DNA of 32,000 bases from Promethearchaeum syntrophicum (lineage in GTDB: Archaea > Asgardarchaeota > Lokiarchaeia > Sigyniarchaeales > Promethearchaeaceae): the NCBI RefSeq assembly GCF_008000775.2, contig NZ_CP042905.2, positions 2,190,001 to 2,222,000 of the forward strand, read 5' to 3'. The notes under the pieces are model-generated. The model was given only the letters and a program-made list of their open reading frames with translations, was not told the origin of the DNA and did no database searches. Shown here one piece after another: positions 1-9,650 of this stretch (position 1 is its first letter; every line of letters starts with the position of its first letter). Position numbers and translations under genes: made by a program.

Positions 1-59
1 TTGGAGACGTTAAAAGAAAAATAACAAATTTTTTCTTTTCTAAAATTATTATAAAATCT

Positions 60-2141
60 ATGGTTAAAAAACGAAAATGGGTAATAACTAGTGCATGGCC
101 ATATGTGTCTGCCACCCCACACTTGGGAAACATGATAGGAAGTGTTCTTTCAGGTGATGTTTTTACGCGCTATCTTCGCTCTAAAGGTGATGAAGTATTA
201 TACGTATCCGGTAGCGATACTCATGGAACTCCCGTGATGGTAGCTGCCATAGAGGAAAAAACGACCCCAGAAAAACTTGCTCCGAAAAATCATGCTATAA
301 TTAAAGAATTATTTCAAAAATGGTTAATATCCTATGATAATTATACTCAAACTCATAATCCAACTCACATAAAGTTTATTCAAGACTTTTATAGACAAGT
401 TGAAAAAAATGGATTCGTAACTTCAAAGGAGGAAGAAATGTTCTATTGTGAGTATGATAAACTATTTTTACCTGATAGATACATAGAAGGAATATGTCCT
501 CACTGCAGTTCTGAATTTGCTAGAGGTGATCAATGTGATGCATGTGGTAAATTACTCGAACCAGAAGAATTAATTAATCCTCACTGTAAACAATGTAAGA
601 AATCACCAATTAAAAAAAAAACAAGACATTGGTATCTGGATTTTAGTAAAACCGAAGAAGAAATCCATAATTTTGTTGTCAATAATGAACACCTACCTCC
701 AAATGCTCGTTCAGCTTCATTAAATTTCTTGAAAGAAGGATTACCTACCCGTTCTATTACACGCGATTTAGATTGGGGGATTCCCGCTCCATTTGATGGT
801 GCAGAAGGAAAAACCATTTATGTTTGGTTTGAAGCTGTATTGGGTTATATATCAGCAGTAAAAGAATGGGCAGAGAAAATTAAGAAGGATCCTAAAAAGT
901 TCCAATATTTTTGGAACGATCCAAAGACTAGATCAGTTTATTTTATTGGAAAGGATAATATTATTTTTCATTTAATTATATTTCCCGGACTTTTAATTGC
1001 GTATAATAAAAATCTTCCAAAAAACGAACAATTCACAATGCCTTTCAATGTGAGTTCTACAGAATTTCTTAACTATGAAAATAATAAATTCTCTAAATCA
1101 AGAGGGGTAGGTATATGGATTGATGACGCACTAGAATTAGCTCCCATCGAATATTGGCGCTATTCTTTGTTGCGAAATCGCCCTGAAAAGCAGGATTCTA
1201 ATTTTCTGTGGTCCCAATTTGAAAAAGATATTCTCGAATTAAATGATATCATTGGAAATTTTATACACCGAACTCTTTCATTTATTCATAAGAATTATGA
1301 TAGCAAAGTACCTAATGCCCCTCCTGATGAACAAATTGATGAAGAGGACAAAAAACTAATAAAAACAATTAAATCTTCTTCAAAACGAGTTGGAGATTTG
1401 TTTGAACGTTTTAAAATAAAAGATGCTCTGAATGAAATCATATCAATATCACGTAAAGGAAATATTTACATTAACAACAAAGCCCCTTGGAAAATGATTA
1501 AAGAAAATAAAGAAAAAGCGGGTTATACCTTTTATTTTGCAATACAATTGGTTAGAACAATCGGAATATTACTTGAACCTTTCATTCCAAATATTTCCGA
1601 ACAAATTTTGAAGAATATTGGTAGTTCTGAAAAATTATCCAAAGGACTTTGGAATTCCGCATCAAAATTAAAAGTGCCTTCAAACCAGACAATCCCAAAA
1701 CCCAAACCATTATTTCAAAAAATTGATGTTAAAGAAATTCAAAAGAAATTAGCAAAAATGCATGGAAAATCTGAAGGAAATGAAAAAAATCTTACTGAAA
1801 AAGAAGAAATACCCGAGATTGATTATGAAGATTTTCAAAAGCTTAAATTTCGCATTGGGACTATTATAGAAGCAGAATTAGTTCCAGATACAAAAAATTT
1901 GATTAAATTAATAGTCGATACAGGTGAAACTGAAAAAAGAACAATAGTTGCAGGGATTGGGAAAAATTATTCACCCGATGAATTAATTGATACTCAAGTT
2001 GTTGTGTTAACAAATTTAAAGCCGAAAATAATTAAAAAGATTAAATCTAGAGGAATGATTTTGGCATGTGACTTAAAGAAGAAAGGAGCAGCACTTCTTA
2101 GACCCATTGATAATGTGAAGAACGGGACAATAATTAAATAA
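60..2141 (+). CDS. metG: Methionine--tRNA ligase (class I aaRS) with C-terminal Trbp111/EMAP-type tRNA-binding domain
   Basis: 693-aa ORF. It has a HIGH-type signature 'PHLGN' and a KMSKS-type signature 'KFSKS'. Zinc knuckles are 'CPHCSS..CDACG' and 'CKQCKK'. The C-terminal OB-fold tail reads 'FRIGTIIEAELVPDTKNLIKLIVDTGE...VVVLTNLKPKIIKKIKSRGMILA'. Confidence 0.95.
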   Translation: MVKKRKWVITSAWPYVSATPHLGNMIGSVLSGDVFTRYLRSKGDEVLYVSGSDTHGTPVMVAAIEEKTTPEKLAPKNHAIIKELFQKWLISYDNYTQTHNPTHIKFIQDFYRQVEKNGFVTSKEEEMFYCEYDKLFLPDRYIEGICPHCSSEFARGDQCDACGKLLEPEELINPHCKQCKKSPIKKKTRHWYLDFSKTEEEIHNFVVNNEHLPPNARSASLNFLKEGLPTRSITRDLDWGIPAPFDGAEGKTIYVWFEAVLGYISAVKEWAEKIKKDPKKFQYFWNDPKTRSVYFIGKDNIIFHLIIFPGLLIAYNKNLPKNEQFTMPFNVSSTEFLNYENNKFSKSRGVGIWIDDALELAPIEYWRYSLLRNRPEKQDSNFLWSQFEKDILELNDIIGNFIHRTLSFIHKNYDSKVPNAPPDEQIDEEDKKLIKTIKSSSKRVGDLFERFKIKDALNEIISISRKGNIYINNKAPWKMIKENKEKAGYTFYFAIQLVRTIGILLEPFIPNISEQILKNIGSSEKLSKGLWNSASKLKVPSNQTIPKPKPLFQKIDVKEIQKKLAKMHGKSEGNEKNLTEKEEIPEIDYEDFQKLKFRIGTIIEAELVPDTKNLIKLIVDTGETEKRTIVAGIGKNYSPDELIDTQVVVLTNLKPKIIKKIKSRGMILACDLKKKGAALLRPIDNVKNGTIIK

Positions 2142-2242
2142 AATGAAATTTCATTCTTTCTATTATTTTTAATATCACTAAAGAATAAATACCTTTTTTA
2201 CCTTATTTTATATAGTTCTAGGCTATTAGGCGTAAATTTTCT

Positions 2243-3007
2243 ATGGTTCATTATAAAGATGAGATAAAATCTTCACCTTCCACACAAACTGAGCATGATT
2301 CTTCAGATTATAATGAGAATAACATTGTTATGCCTGAATTTACAATTGATGAAGATGGAATTCCTTACTGCATTAAGCAAACTGGTTATCAAAAAATTAT
2401 TGGATTAAAAAAGCAATATCCTCGAGAATTTGAAAAGATGCTTAATTGCAAACATTGTGACCATTATAAAAGGGACGATTGTTATTTTCCAAGAAGTGAA
2501 ATTGATAAAATTGAAGCAGATCGCCTAAAACAAAATATTAAGTGTAAGCTTTGTGGAATGAAAATAGACAGGCCTTTCTCAATTATGATGTCTGAGTTAT
2601 ATAAAGACCAACATGATGTTAATTTACCGGTTATTTGCTGCACATGTTATGCTGGACTTGAACACGGCACCTTTGAATCGACTTCTAAACGCCGGATGAT
2701 ACTCTTTTTTATTAGTTTGGCAACATCAATTTACTTTCTTTTCATGTATATTAGCCAGATATTCTCTTTTAATTGGTACTCTATCCTCGTCGTACTTGTT
2801 CCGTTTGCATTTTGGGGTTATATCTCTTTTCGTGACCTTAAAAGTATCTACTATTTACAAAAAGGAAGAAAATATTATAAAACATTAATGAATGCGCAAA
2901 CAAGGGAAAAATCTAAGGAAGAGAAATATAAAGAAAAATACGCAGATGAAGACGATAAGAAAAAACCCCCAGAAGGCGCTTTTTATTCTCCTGGTTATGA
3001 GTATTAA
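2243..3007 (+). CDS. Hypothetical Cys-rich (zinc-ribbon-like) protein with two C-terminal TM helices and a K/E-rich tail
   Basis: 254-aa ATG ORF. Cys pairs are 'CKHCDHYKRDDC', 'CKLCGMKID' and 'CCTCYAG'. They are followed by hydrophobic segments 'MILFFISLATSIYFLFMYI' and 'ILVVLVPFAFWGYISF'. I recognise no family. Confidence 0.6.
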   Translation: MVHYKDEIKSSPSTQTEHDSSDYNENNIVMPEFTIDEDGIPYCIKQTGYQKIIGLKKQYPREFEKMLNCKHCDHYKRDDCYFPRSEIDKIEADRLKQNIKCKLCGMKIDRPFSIMMSELYKDQHDVNLPVICCTCYAGLEHGTFESTSKRRMILFFISLATSIYFLFMYISQIFSFNWYSILVVLVPFAFWGYISFRDLKSIYYLQKGRKYYKTLMNAQTREKSKEEKYKEKYADEDDKKKPPEGAFYSPGYEY

Positions 3008-3019
3008 TTTATTTATTTT

Positions 3020-3331
3020 CTAGTAATCTCGTATTTGCTCTAATAATGAAAGAATTTGATAAATTGCAGTTCTGGTATGAGCGGGGCAATTTAAATCTTG
3101 AATTATGTCTTCTAATAATGAAACAGATGTACTTGCAACTATCGCAGGGGAATTTTCTTTATCATCTAATTTCTCTAATGTGTCGATTGATTCTTGTCCG
3201 ATTTTACGAATATTTCTTGGAACTCCAAGATCAGCGCAAATTCGAGATAATAAATTTTTAACTTCGTCAAGAATTTGTTCTACTTCTACTCTTCTTTCTT
3301 CTTTTATCTGTGCTTTGGTTTTTCTGGCCAT
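3020..3331 (-). CDS. UPF0147-family-like small archaeal protein
   Basis: 103-aa ORF. 'LGVPRNIRKIGQESIDTL' and 'DLNCPAHTRTAIYQILSLLEQI' resemble the 'VPRNIRR' and 'DPNMPxHxRxxIW' hallmarks I recall for UPF0147. The two overlapping + strand ORFs (3046..3261, 3105..3392) are low-complexity shadows. Confidence 0.6.
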   Translation of the reverse strand: MARKTKAQIKEERRVEVEQILDEVKNLLSRICADLGVPRNIRKIGQESIDTLEKLDDKENSPAIVASTSVSLLEDIIQDLNCPAHTRTAIYQILSLLEQIRDY

Positions 3332-3501
3332 TTTAATAACCTCTTTAGCGATTGAACTTTTGATTCTTAAATATTTTATAATTTTCTTGTGAAAAATAAG
3401 ATAAAATTAAAGCAATAACTTAAGTAAAAAAGTAAGTACTTTCTAAAAAAATTTTCCATATTATTTTCTGTTTACTTGATAAAATTGATTTTTTTGTTTT
3501 T

Positions 3502-5349
3502 TTAAATCACAGTTGAACCATTTAATAAGCGATCATGAGGGATTTTTCCATCTTTCCATACTTTATATAACTCTTGAACCATATAATAAACAATTTTGGG
3601 ATTTCTGTGCATATCAACTATACCAGTATTATTATACTCCTTAGGATGTTCGAAAAATCCACTCTTTGGTGAACATCTATAATCTTGAAATGTTGATATG
3701 AATGCACCGCCGATAAAATCTCTTTTAATTATTGCATTAATATATGTTTGTAGGAAAATATATTGATAATTTTCACTCCAACGAGCAAATTCAAATGATT
3801 TAAATCCAGAGATTGCACCACACCCGAATTCAGAAATGACAAAGGGTTTCATTTTATATTTTGGATTTTCTTTAATATCTTTCCAAATATTATCAAATTT
3901 TCCTGCAATCTCACTTAATTTCGCATTATATTCACTTTTCCTTCCCATATATATATTAATGCAGAGGAAATCAACTAAATCTACCGTTAAATCTCTTTTT
4001 ATGTTAAAGGGAACAAGAGTATGAAAACGAAACGGATCTAACTCGCGCGAAATCTCTAATAAAGTTTGCATAAAATCGCGACCTTCTGGTATTGATGTAT
4101 CACAATCGCTTGAAATACTCCAAGCAATAACAGAACAATGATTTTTGTCCCTATGTATCATCTCCCATATCTGTTGTTGCGCATTTACTAAATAATTTGA
4201 ATTATATTGCTCTTTTCCTAGTTTTCTTATCGGGGCTTCTTCAAAAACCAAAAATCCCATCTCATCTGCCAAAGAAAGTAAAGATTCATATGGGGGATAG
4301 TGTGAAGTCCGAATACAATTAATATGAGCTTCTTTCATTATGTTTAAATCGTTATAAATCAACCGAGGATTCATTGATGAGCCAACATCTGGATGATCTT
4401 CATGTCTATTTATACCACGTAAATGTATCTTGAGATTGTTTAGATAAAAATCATTTCCTATAATTTTTATGTCTCTAATTCCCCATTTTATCACTTCTCT
4501 GTCAATTTCACGCCGGTTCTTGTCTAACAATTGAAATGTAAGAGTATGCAAATGAGGATCATCAGGTGACCATAAATGTGGGCTTTTTAAAGGAAATTCT
4601 AAGTCGAAAAATCCGTTTCCAATTTCCGAGAGGCTAAATGGAATTTCTGTATGTTCCAATTCGACACCGTTTTTTAGTGTAAGTACGACATATCCTTCGA
4701 ATTTTGGTCTATTTGGGTTAAAATTTCTAATGTTAGCGCGAACTTTTAATATTGTTTTACAATCTTTGCAACCTTCCCCTATAGGATTAGGGAATTCAAT
4801 TTTGTTTGATATTTTGATATCATAAAAACACACTTGTGATGTAAGTTTTAAATAAACAGGCCGATATATGCCTCCATAATTCATCCAATCTACAGGATAA
4901 AACCAAGGCAATCGATTTTCCATGTATCTATTATCAACTTGGATAATTAACTGGTTATCTGTTCCAAATTTAACGAATTTGTTAATTTCAAACCAAAATT
5001 TAGTATAACCACCTTCATGTGTTCCTACTTTTTTTCCGTTTAACCAAACCGTTGTTTTATAATTTGATCCGTTAAACCCCAATGTAACCTTCTTTTCCCC
5101 TGCAGACCATGCGAGAGGTAGGTAGAAATGATTTTCATACCAGCCGGTTCCCCAATGATTAAAATTTCTTCGATTCTGATAATAAGACCATGTTGATGGA
5201 ACGTAAACCTTTAGAAGTTTTTCATTTGGGATGCCCGTCTCGAACCATTTTTCGGTAATACCGGGGTCTTCAAATTTGTCGTTTTGTTTTAAACTAAAAC
5301 AAAATTTCCAAAACGAGTCTGATAACAAAATTCTTCGGAGATCAACCAT
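3502..5349 (-). CDS. Glycoside hydrolase family 2 (beta-glucuronidase/beta-galactosidase-like)
   Basis: 615 aa. The sugar-binding region has 'VWLNGKKVGTHEGGYTKFWFEI'. The TIM-barrel block 'RGINRHEDHPDVGSS...NCIRTSHYPPYESLLSLADEMGFLVFEEAP' matches GH2 (compare GUS 'GFGRHEDADLRG...NSYRTSHYPYAEE'). A nucleophile-like 'ISEFGCGA' is present. The acid/base motif reads 'AWSISSDC' instead of 'WSxxNE'. Confidence 0.85.
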   Translation of the reverse strand: MVDLRRILLSDSFWKFCFSLKQNDKFEDPGITEKWFETGIPNEKLLKVYVPSTWSYYQNRRNFNHWGTGWYENHFYLPLAWSAGEKKVTLGFNGSNYKTTVWLNGKKVGTHEGGYTKFWFEINKFVKFGTDNQLIIQVDNRYMENRLPWFYPVDWMNYGGIYRPVYLKLTSQVCFYDIKISNKIEFPNPIGEGCKDCKTILKVRANIRNFNPNRPKFEGYVVLTLKNGVELEHTEIPFSLSEIGNGFFDLEFPLKSPHLWSPDDPHLHTLTFQLLDKNRREIDREVIKWGIRDIKIIGNDFYLNNLKIHLRGINRHEDHPDVGSSMNPRLIYNDLNIMKEAHINCIRTSHYPPYESLLSLADEMGFLVFEEAPIRKLGKEQYNSNYLVNAQQQIWEMIHRDKNHCSVIAWSISSDCDTSIPEGRDFMQTLLEISRELDPFRFHTLVPFNIKRDLTVDLVDFLCINIYMGRKSEYNAKLSEIAGKFDNIWKDIKENPKYKMKPFVISEFGCGAISGFKSFEFARWSENYQYIFLQTYINAIIKRDFIGGAFISTFQDYRCSPKSGFFEHPKEYNNTGIVDMHRNPKIVYYMVQELYKVWKDGKIPHDRLLNGSTVI

Positions 5350-5415
5350 TGATCATATTTATTCGCAATCCCTAAAAAAAGTTCAGAAATGGATGTAGCG
5401 ATAAAATCCGACAAT

Positions 5416-5925
5416 TTATGCGTCTGGAAAATAATCTTCCATTATATCCGCAAGAACTTCAACTATTAATTGATCACCGTATTTTAGTGTCAATTTTCTA
5501 ATAACATCACCCAATTTTAAACGGAGTTTATTTTTTACGCTTTCTTCGATTTCGGGGAATTTTTCTTTACATTCAAAATATTCCAAAGTATCTTTTTGGC
5601 TAATAATCTCACCATAAATTCCCTTGTTGTTATTGTGAATTATGAAAAATCCGTGAAAAGTTGCCTCTTGTTTGGTACCTTTTATAAAAACACTTTTTTG
5701 TTCGATAATTTCTCCTTCAAGGAAATCTGATTTTTTAAAACACACTTGATCGTCAATTGTATAAGATTTTAAGAAGACCCTTTCAAATAATGATTTCCTT
5801 CCTTTCTTTATTTTGGCAAAGAAATTTCGAGATTTTTTTCCATATTCCCAATTAAGTGGGCGATAATATTCTCCGTAAAGATTTTCTAATAGTTGGGTGG
5901 TTTTTACTGCTTCTGCGGTTGCCAT
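5416..5925 (-). CDS. Hypothetical protein
   Basis: The ORF track starts at GTG 5934. The first ATG is at 5925 (MATAEAV...). The composition looks soluble and I recognise no motif. Confidence 0.5.
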   Translation of the reverse strand: MATAEAVKTTQLLENLYGEYYRPLNWEYGKKSRNFFAKIKKGRKSLFERVFLKSYTIDDQVCFKKSDFLEGEIIEQKSVFIKGTKQEATFHGFFIIHNNNKGIYGEIISQKDTLEYFECKEKFPEIEESVKNKLRLKLGDVIRKLTLKYGDQLIVEVLADIMEDYFPDA

Positions 5926-6035
5926 TGAACTCACGATTGATTTTGAATAGTTAATATATGAAAGATATTTTTAGCATTTTTTAATAAGGGTAGGATGGTG
6001 ATTTATTTAAAACAATAAAATTCTTATCAAAAACT

Positions 6036-8831
6036 ATGGTGAACTGGGAAAAACGCAAATTACCCGAAAAAAGCAAATTAATATTATTAAAATCTTCAAA
6101 AAAAATAAAAAAAATAAGCAAAATATCATCCATCTCATTAAATCCTGATGATAGTCCTCAATTAAAAATTACTGCTATAGGAAATTCATTTATAAATCCT
6201 ACTCATTTATGGAAGAACTCCGATATTCTTGATAAAATCATCGAACCAACATTTGCACGCGCAGTTCATCAAATTCAGTCTCTGAAATTTCCAAATTTTG
6301 TCTTTTCAATTAATTCTGTTTTATATTTTGAAATGATTTATGAAGCCTATCCAGAATTATTCAACCATATTCAAAATTGCGTAGATCAAAAAACATGGGA
6401 ACTTATTGGGGGTGAATGGATTGAAATAAATTTAAATTTGCCGAATGGTGAAAGTATAATTCGACAAAGATTAATGGGGCAACGTTTTTATGCTAAAAAT
6501 TTTTATCAAATTGCAAAAATATCATGGATTAATAATACTTTCTCGGTTAAAAATTCATTACCGCAAATTTTAAAGAAAAGTGGTTCAGATTTTCTATATT
6601 TAAATAATCCCTTCTTAGATCTCAATTCGAATAATTTTCCATTTTTGCACTTTATTTGGGAGTCCCCTGATAGAAGCCAAATTTTGACAACTTGCTCTAA
6701 AAGAACAGGTAAATTAAATGAAATTTTATCTCGATTGTCCAATGATATAATTCCTTTACTTTTAAAGCCATATGGGGGAGAAGATAAGGAGTTAGGAGTG
6801 GATCCTATGAAAATTGTAGAAAAAATGGTTTGGGAAGATTTAGGATATATTCATAATCAGTCCATCTCCAAGTTTTTTTCACAGTTAATGAATAATAAAG
6901 AAAAGTTACCATCATGGCCAGATAATATTTCCTTTAATAATTTAAGAAATTCCCTCACATCAGTTGGAAATGTTAAAGAAAACAATCATACAGCGGAAAT
7001 CATAATGTTTCAAGCAGAAATTTTATCAGTTTTATCCGGATTATTGGGTGGTTCTCATTTTCAAGATGAATTTAGTTCAGATTGGAAAAGGATTTTACTT
7101 TTTCAAGCAGTTAAAACTATTGAGGGAAGGTCTATTTGTGAAGTATATCGGGATGCTGCTGATGAATACAATTCAATTTTCCATCATATTGCAAGCTCTC
7201 AAGAAAATTCCTTAATGACTATTGCGCATTCTTTAAAGTATACCTTAAAACATGATTTTTACTCAATTTTCAATCCAACTTGTTGGAAAAGAGGAGGTTA
7301 TATAACAGTTCTGCGTTCAAATTTCAATCATGCATTCGATCAAGATAGTGCACCTCTTTTAGTTCAAGAAGTTGCATTTTCTCCTTATGTTGACAATAGG
7401 GAGGTTCATTTAGGATTAAATTCGGTCCCTGGAACTAATTATTTAAAAGTATATAATAAATTAGCTAATGATTTAGCCGAAATCAATATAGAAATTCAAA
7501 AACAAGATGAACCTGTAACTTTACGTAGTTATGAAGAGAGATCTAAAAATAAATTATTAGTTTACATCCCTCCCAATTCAAAAATTGGATCTTTTGGAAT
7601 TGGAACCATATCATTTCTAAAATCTCCTCCTAAACCACAAAATTTTGCATCAAGACTCAAAGAAACAGAAGAGTTTTATATATTTTCAAATATGCATTAT
7701 CAAGTCAAAGTATCAAAGTTGAATGGAAAAATTATGCATGTGAGTAGAGACAGCCATTCTTCAAATAATATAAACAAAGAAGGAATTGGTTATAAAATCT
7801 ATCATGATGAAGATTCTAAAAATACTCCATTACTCTTTCCTGAATTAGAAGATATCAGTATTGAAGAATCAGGACCCATAAGATATACCTTACTTGTTAA
7901 ATATAATCCTACTAGAAATAAATCGACTATTCATACTCGTTATTGTTTCTATCATGAATCTCCAATAATTTATGGTGAAACACTTGTCGATTGGTCAGAA
8001 AAGTTAAAAATTCTTACTCTTAACTTAGGAACAAAATTTCAAACTTCAAATATATCATTAGGTAGCCAGTATTATGTTGATAAAATAGATATCGAGACAA
8101 AAATTTCAAAAGAAATAGAGAGAAAAGAAAGAAAGAATATTTCTTTTCAACAATTTGCTTCTTGGGAGAATGAAAATAAAATTCTTGGAGATTTTATCGG
8201 TTTAGCAGTTTATTCTCAAACAAAATACTGTTTAGCTCTTCAAAATGGAAATAAAGAATTAACATTATTAAATTCAACTAAACTACCGAAACCAGATAAG
8301 TCTTTGACTATATTAGATGATGATTTTGAATATCGCACTAAATTCAATGATCAAGGATTTCATAGAATCCCTTGGGCAATTGAATTTTATTTAGAATCCA
8401 AAGATAAAATTGATATTTTAAAAACTGCAATAGAATATAATGTTCCCATGATTTTAGCCCCTACTAATGCAGTACATAAACCAATTTCATTTTTTCAGAT
8501 AAACCAAACCAATGTACTTATCACTACGATAAAGGAAATAGAAGAATTTATGCGCGATGCGCCTGACTGGTTTTATAACCCTAGTATGGCTGAACTTGCA
8601 TTTATTATACGATGCGTTGAGTATGGTGGAAAACAAACGAATTGTGAGATAATTGTAAGTAAAAAATTAAATGTGAAAAAGGCATTTGAAGTAGATCTTT
8701 TAGAACGGATTGAAAACAATGGAATTACAACCTCAGATGTTGAATTTACTGAGGGAAAAATAAAATTTTCTATAAATCCTTATGAAATTAAGTCAATTCT
8801 TGTAATCGGAAGAATTCCGCTAGAAGAATAG
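6036..8831 (+). CDS. GH38 alpha-mannosidase homolog (Ams1/MAN2C1-like architecture), apparently catalytically degenerate
   Basis: 931 aa. 'KTWELIGGEWIEINLNLPNGESIIRQRLMGQRFY' matches the GH38 block 'GRWExVGGxWVExDxNxPSGESLxRQFLxGQRFF'. 'SWINNTFSVKNSLPQILKKSG' aligns to 'WLPDTFGYSxQLPQI'. 'FPFLHFIWESPDRSQIL' aligns to 'FPHxxFxWxGxDGSxVL'. The N-terminal 'GNSFIN' occupies the place of 'GHxHID'. Confidence 0.85.
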   Translation: MVNWEKRKLPEKSKLILLKSSKKIKKISKISSISLNPDDSPQLKITAIGNSFINPTHLWKNSDILDKIIEPTFARAVHQIQSLKFPNFVFSINSVLYFEMIYEAYPELFNHIQNCVDQKTWELIGGEWIEINLNLPNGESIIRQRLMGQRFYAKNFYQIAKISWINNTFSVKNSLPQILKKSGSDFLYLNNPFLDLNSNNFPFLHFIWESPDRSQILTTCSKRTGKLNEILSRLSNDIIPLLLKPYGGEDKELGVDPMKIVEKMVWEDLGYIHNQSISKFFSQLMNNKEKLPSWPDNISFNNLRNSLTSVGNVKENNHTAEIIMFQAEILSVLSGLLGGSHFQDEFSSDWKRILLFQAVKTIEGRSICEVYRDAADEYNSIFHHIASSQENSLMTIAHSLKYTLKHDFYSIFNPTCWKRGGYITVLRSNFNHAFDQDSAPLLVQEVAFSPYVDNREVHLGLNSVPGTNYLKVYNKLANDLAEINIEIQKQDEPVTLRSYEERSKNKLLVYIPPNSKIGSFGIGTISFLKSPPKPQNFASRLKETEEFYIFSNMHYQVKVSKLNGKIMHVSRDSHSSNNINKEGIGYKIYHDEDSKNTPLLFPELEDISIEESGPIRYTLLVKYNPTRNKSTIHTRYCFYHESPIIYGETLVDWSEKLKILTLNLGTKFQTSNISLGSQYYVDKIDIETKISKEIERKERKNISFQQFASWENENKILGDFIGLAVYSQTKYCLALQNGNKELTLLNSTKLPKPDKSLTILDDDFEYRTKFNDQGFHRIPWAIEFYLESKDKIDILKTAIEYNVPMILAPTNAVHKPISFFQINQTNVLITTIKEIEEFMRDAPDWFYNPSMAELAFIIRCVEYGGKQTNCEIIVSKKLNVKKAFEVDLLERIENNGITTSDVEFTEGKIKFSINPYEIKSILVIGRIPLEE

Positions 8832-9350
8832 AAATTTTTTTCTTTTCTTTTTTGGTAAAGTTAAACTATACTTCGTTTTAATTCCTAATCTTTCATTCAA
8901 CCAAGTTTGAAGCAAGGGTGCTTGAGAATCTACCATTACAATTCCGGTATCTTCGATAGGGTGCTTAATATTCAGTTTTGATAAATGTTTTTTAATTACA
9001 TCTCCAATTTCTGGACGCATTTTTAAAAATTGAATTATTGCTCCTTCTCCCATCTGATTATGAGGATGAAATGATATGAATCCTGTGAAAATTTTCTTTT
9101 CTGGAAAAATATTAATCTGATATTCCTTTAAATGTTGTAATCCTGCTTCAAAAATGATTTTATGATGTATTTTTTTCCGAAGCCAACCTTTCTTTTCTAG
9201 AAACTCTCCAACAACTATCGCCCTTCTTTCAGTTAAGAAAAATGTGGCGGGAAATCCTTTCATATAAGCAAAAGCTTCTTGATTTTGGACTTTTGTCCCC
9301 CATACTACATTAATGTAAGAACGAAATTGAACTATCACTGAACTTTTCAT
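8820..9350 (-). CDS. Hypothetical soluble protein (last gene of a four-gene minus-strand cluster)
   Basis: 176-aa ATG ORF starting 21 nt downstream of the preceding minus-strand gene. It has a basic C-terminus 'KKKRKKFLFF'. Its 3' end overlaps the convergent GH38-like gene by 12 nt. Confidence 0.55.
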   Translation of the reverse strand: MKSSVIVQFRSYINVVWGTKVQNQEAFAYMKGFPATFFLTERRAIVVGEFLEKKGWLRKKIHHKIIFEAGLQHLKEYQINIFPEKKIFTGFISFHPHNQMGEGAIIQFLKMRPEIGDVIKKHLSKLNIKHPIEDTGIVMVDSQAPLLQTWLNERLGIKTKYSLTLPKKKRKKFLFF

Positions 9351-9371
9351 TTCAAGAAAAAAAATAGAATA

Positions 9372-9650
9372 TTACAATTTAATTTTTCGTTCTGGGTATT
9401 TTACAGCTAGAAAAATTCCTACCAATAAGAAAATTCCCGCTACTACAAAATAGACCCAAAGTAATTCAGTTTCTGGACCGGGAAAAATATTAACTGCTGC
9501 TCCTAAGATATTTTTTAAAAATATACCTAAAGGTAATACAAATGCTAAGATTATTCCCATGCTCCACAAAATTACAGGAAGGATTTTTTCAACAACGCCT
9601 AAGATTTGCGAAAAAACATTTTGAATATCTTGTAAAATCATAGAAATCAC
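9372..9650 (-). CDS. Small membrane protein (2-3 TM)
   Basis: 92-aa ORF from GTG 9650, overlapping the upstream stop as GTGA. An alternative ATG is at 9641. Hydrophobic helices include 'ILPVILWSMGIILAFVLPLGIFL' and 'LLWVYFVVAGIFLLVGIFLAV'. Confidence 0.5.
   Translation of the reverse strand: MISMILQDIQNVFSQILGVVEKILPVILWSMGIILAFVLPLGIFLKNILGAAVNIFPGPETELLWVYFVVAGIFLLVGIFLAVKYPERKIKL

Noticed and set aside
581-817. 78-aa minus-strand ORF inside metG.
   Set aside because: It is antisense to a high-confidence conserved CDS and has no motif. It is a typical shadow ORF.
3046-3392. Two + strand ORFs (3046..3261, 3105..3392) overlapping the UPF0147-like gene.
   Set aside because: The minus-strand product carries recognisable family motifs. 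The + strand translations are low-complexity and mutually overlapping.
3836-4024. Antisense ORF within the GH2 gene. The same reasoning covers 6506..6742 in GH38, 17267..17452 in gene X, 22842..23024 in HAD and 24562..24774 in the permease.
   Set aside because: All lie antisense within longer ORFs that have family motifs or strong membrane-protein character. AT-rich codon structure readily generates such shadows.
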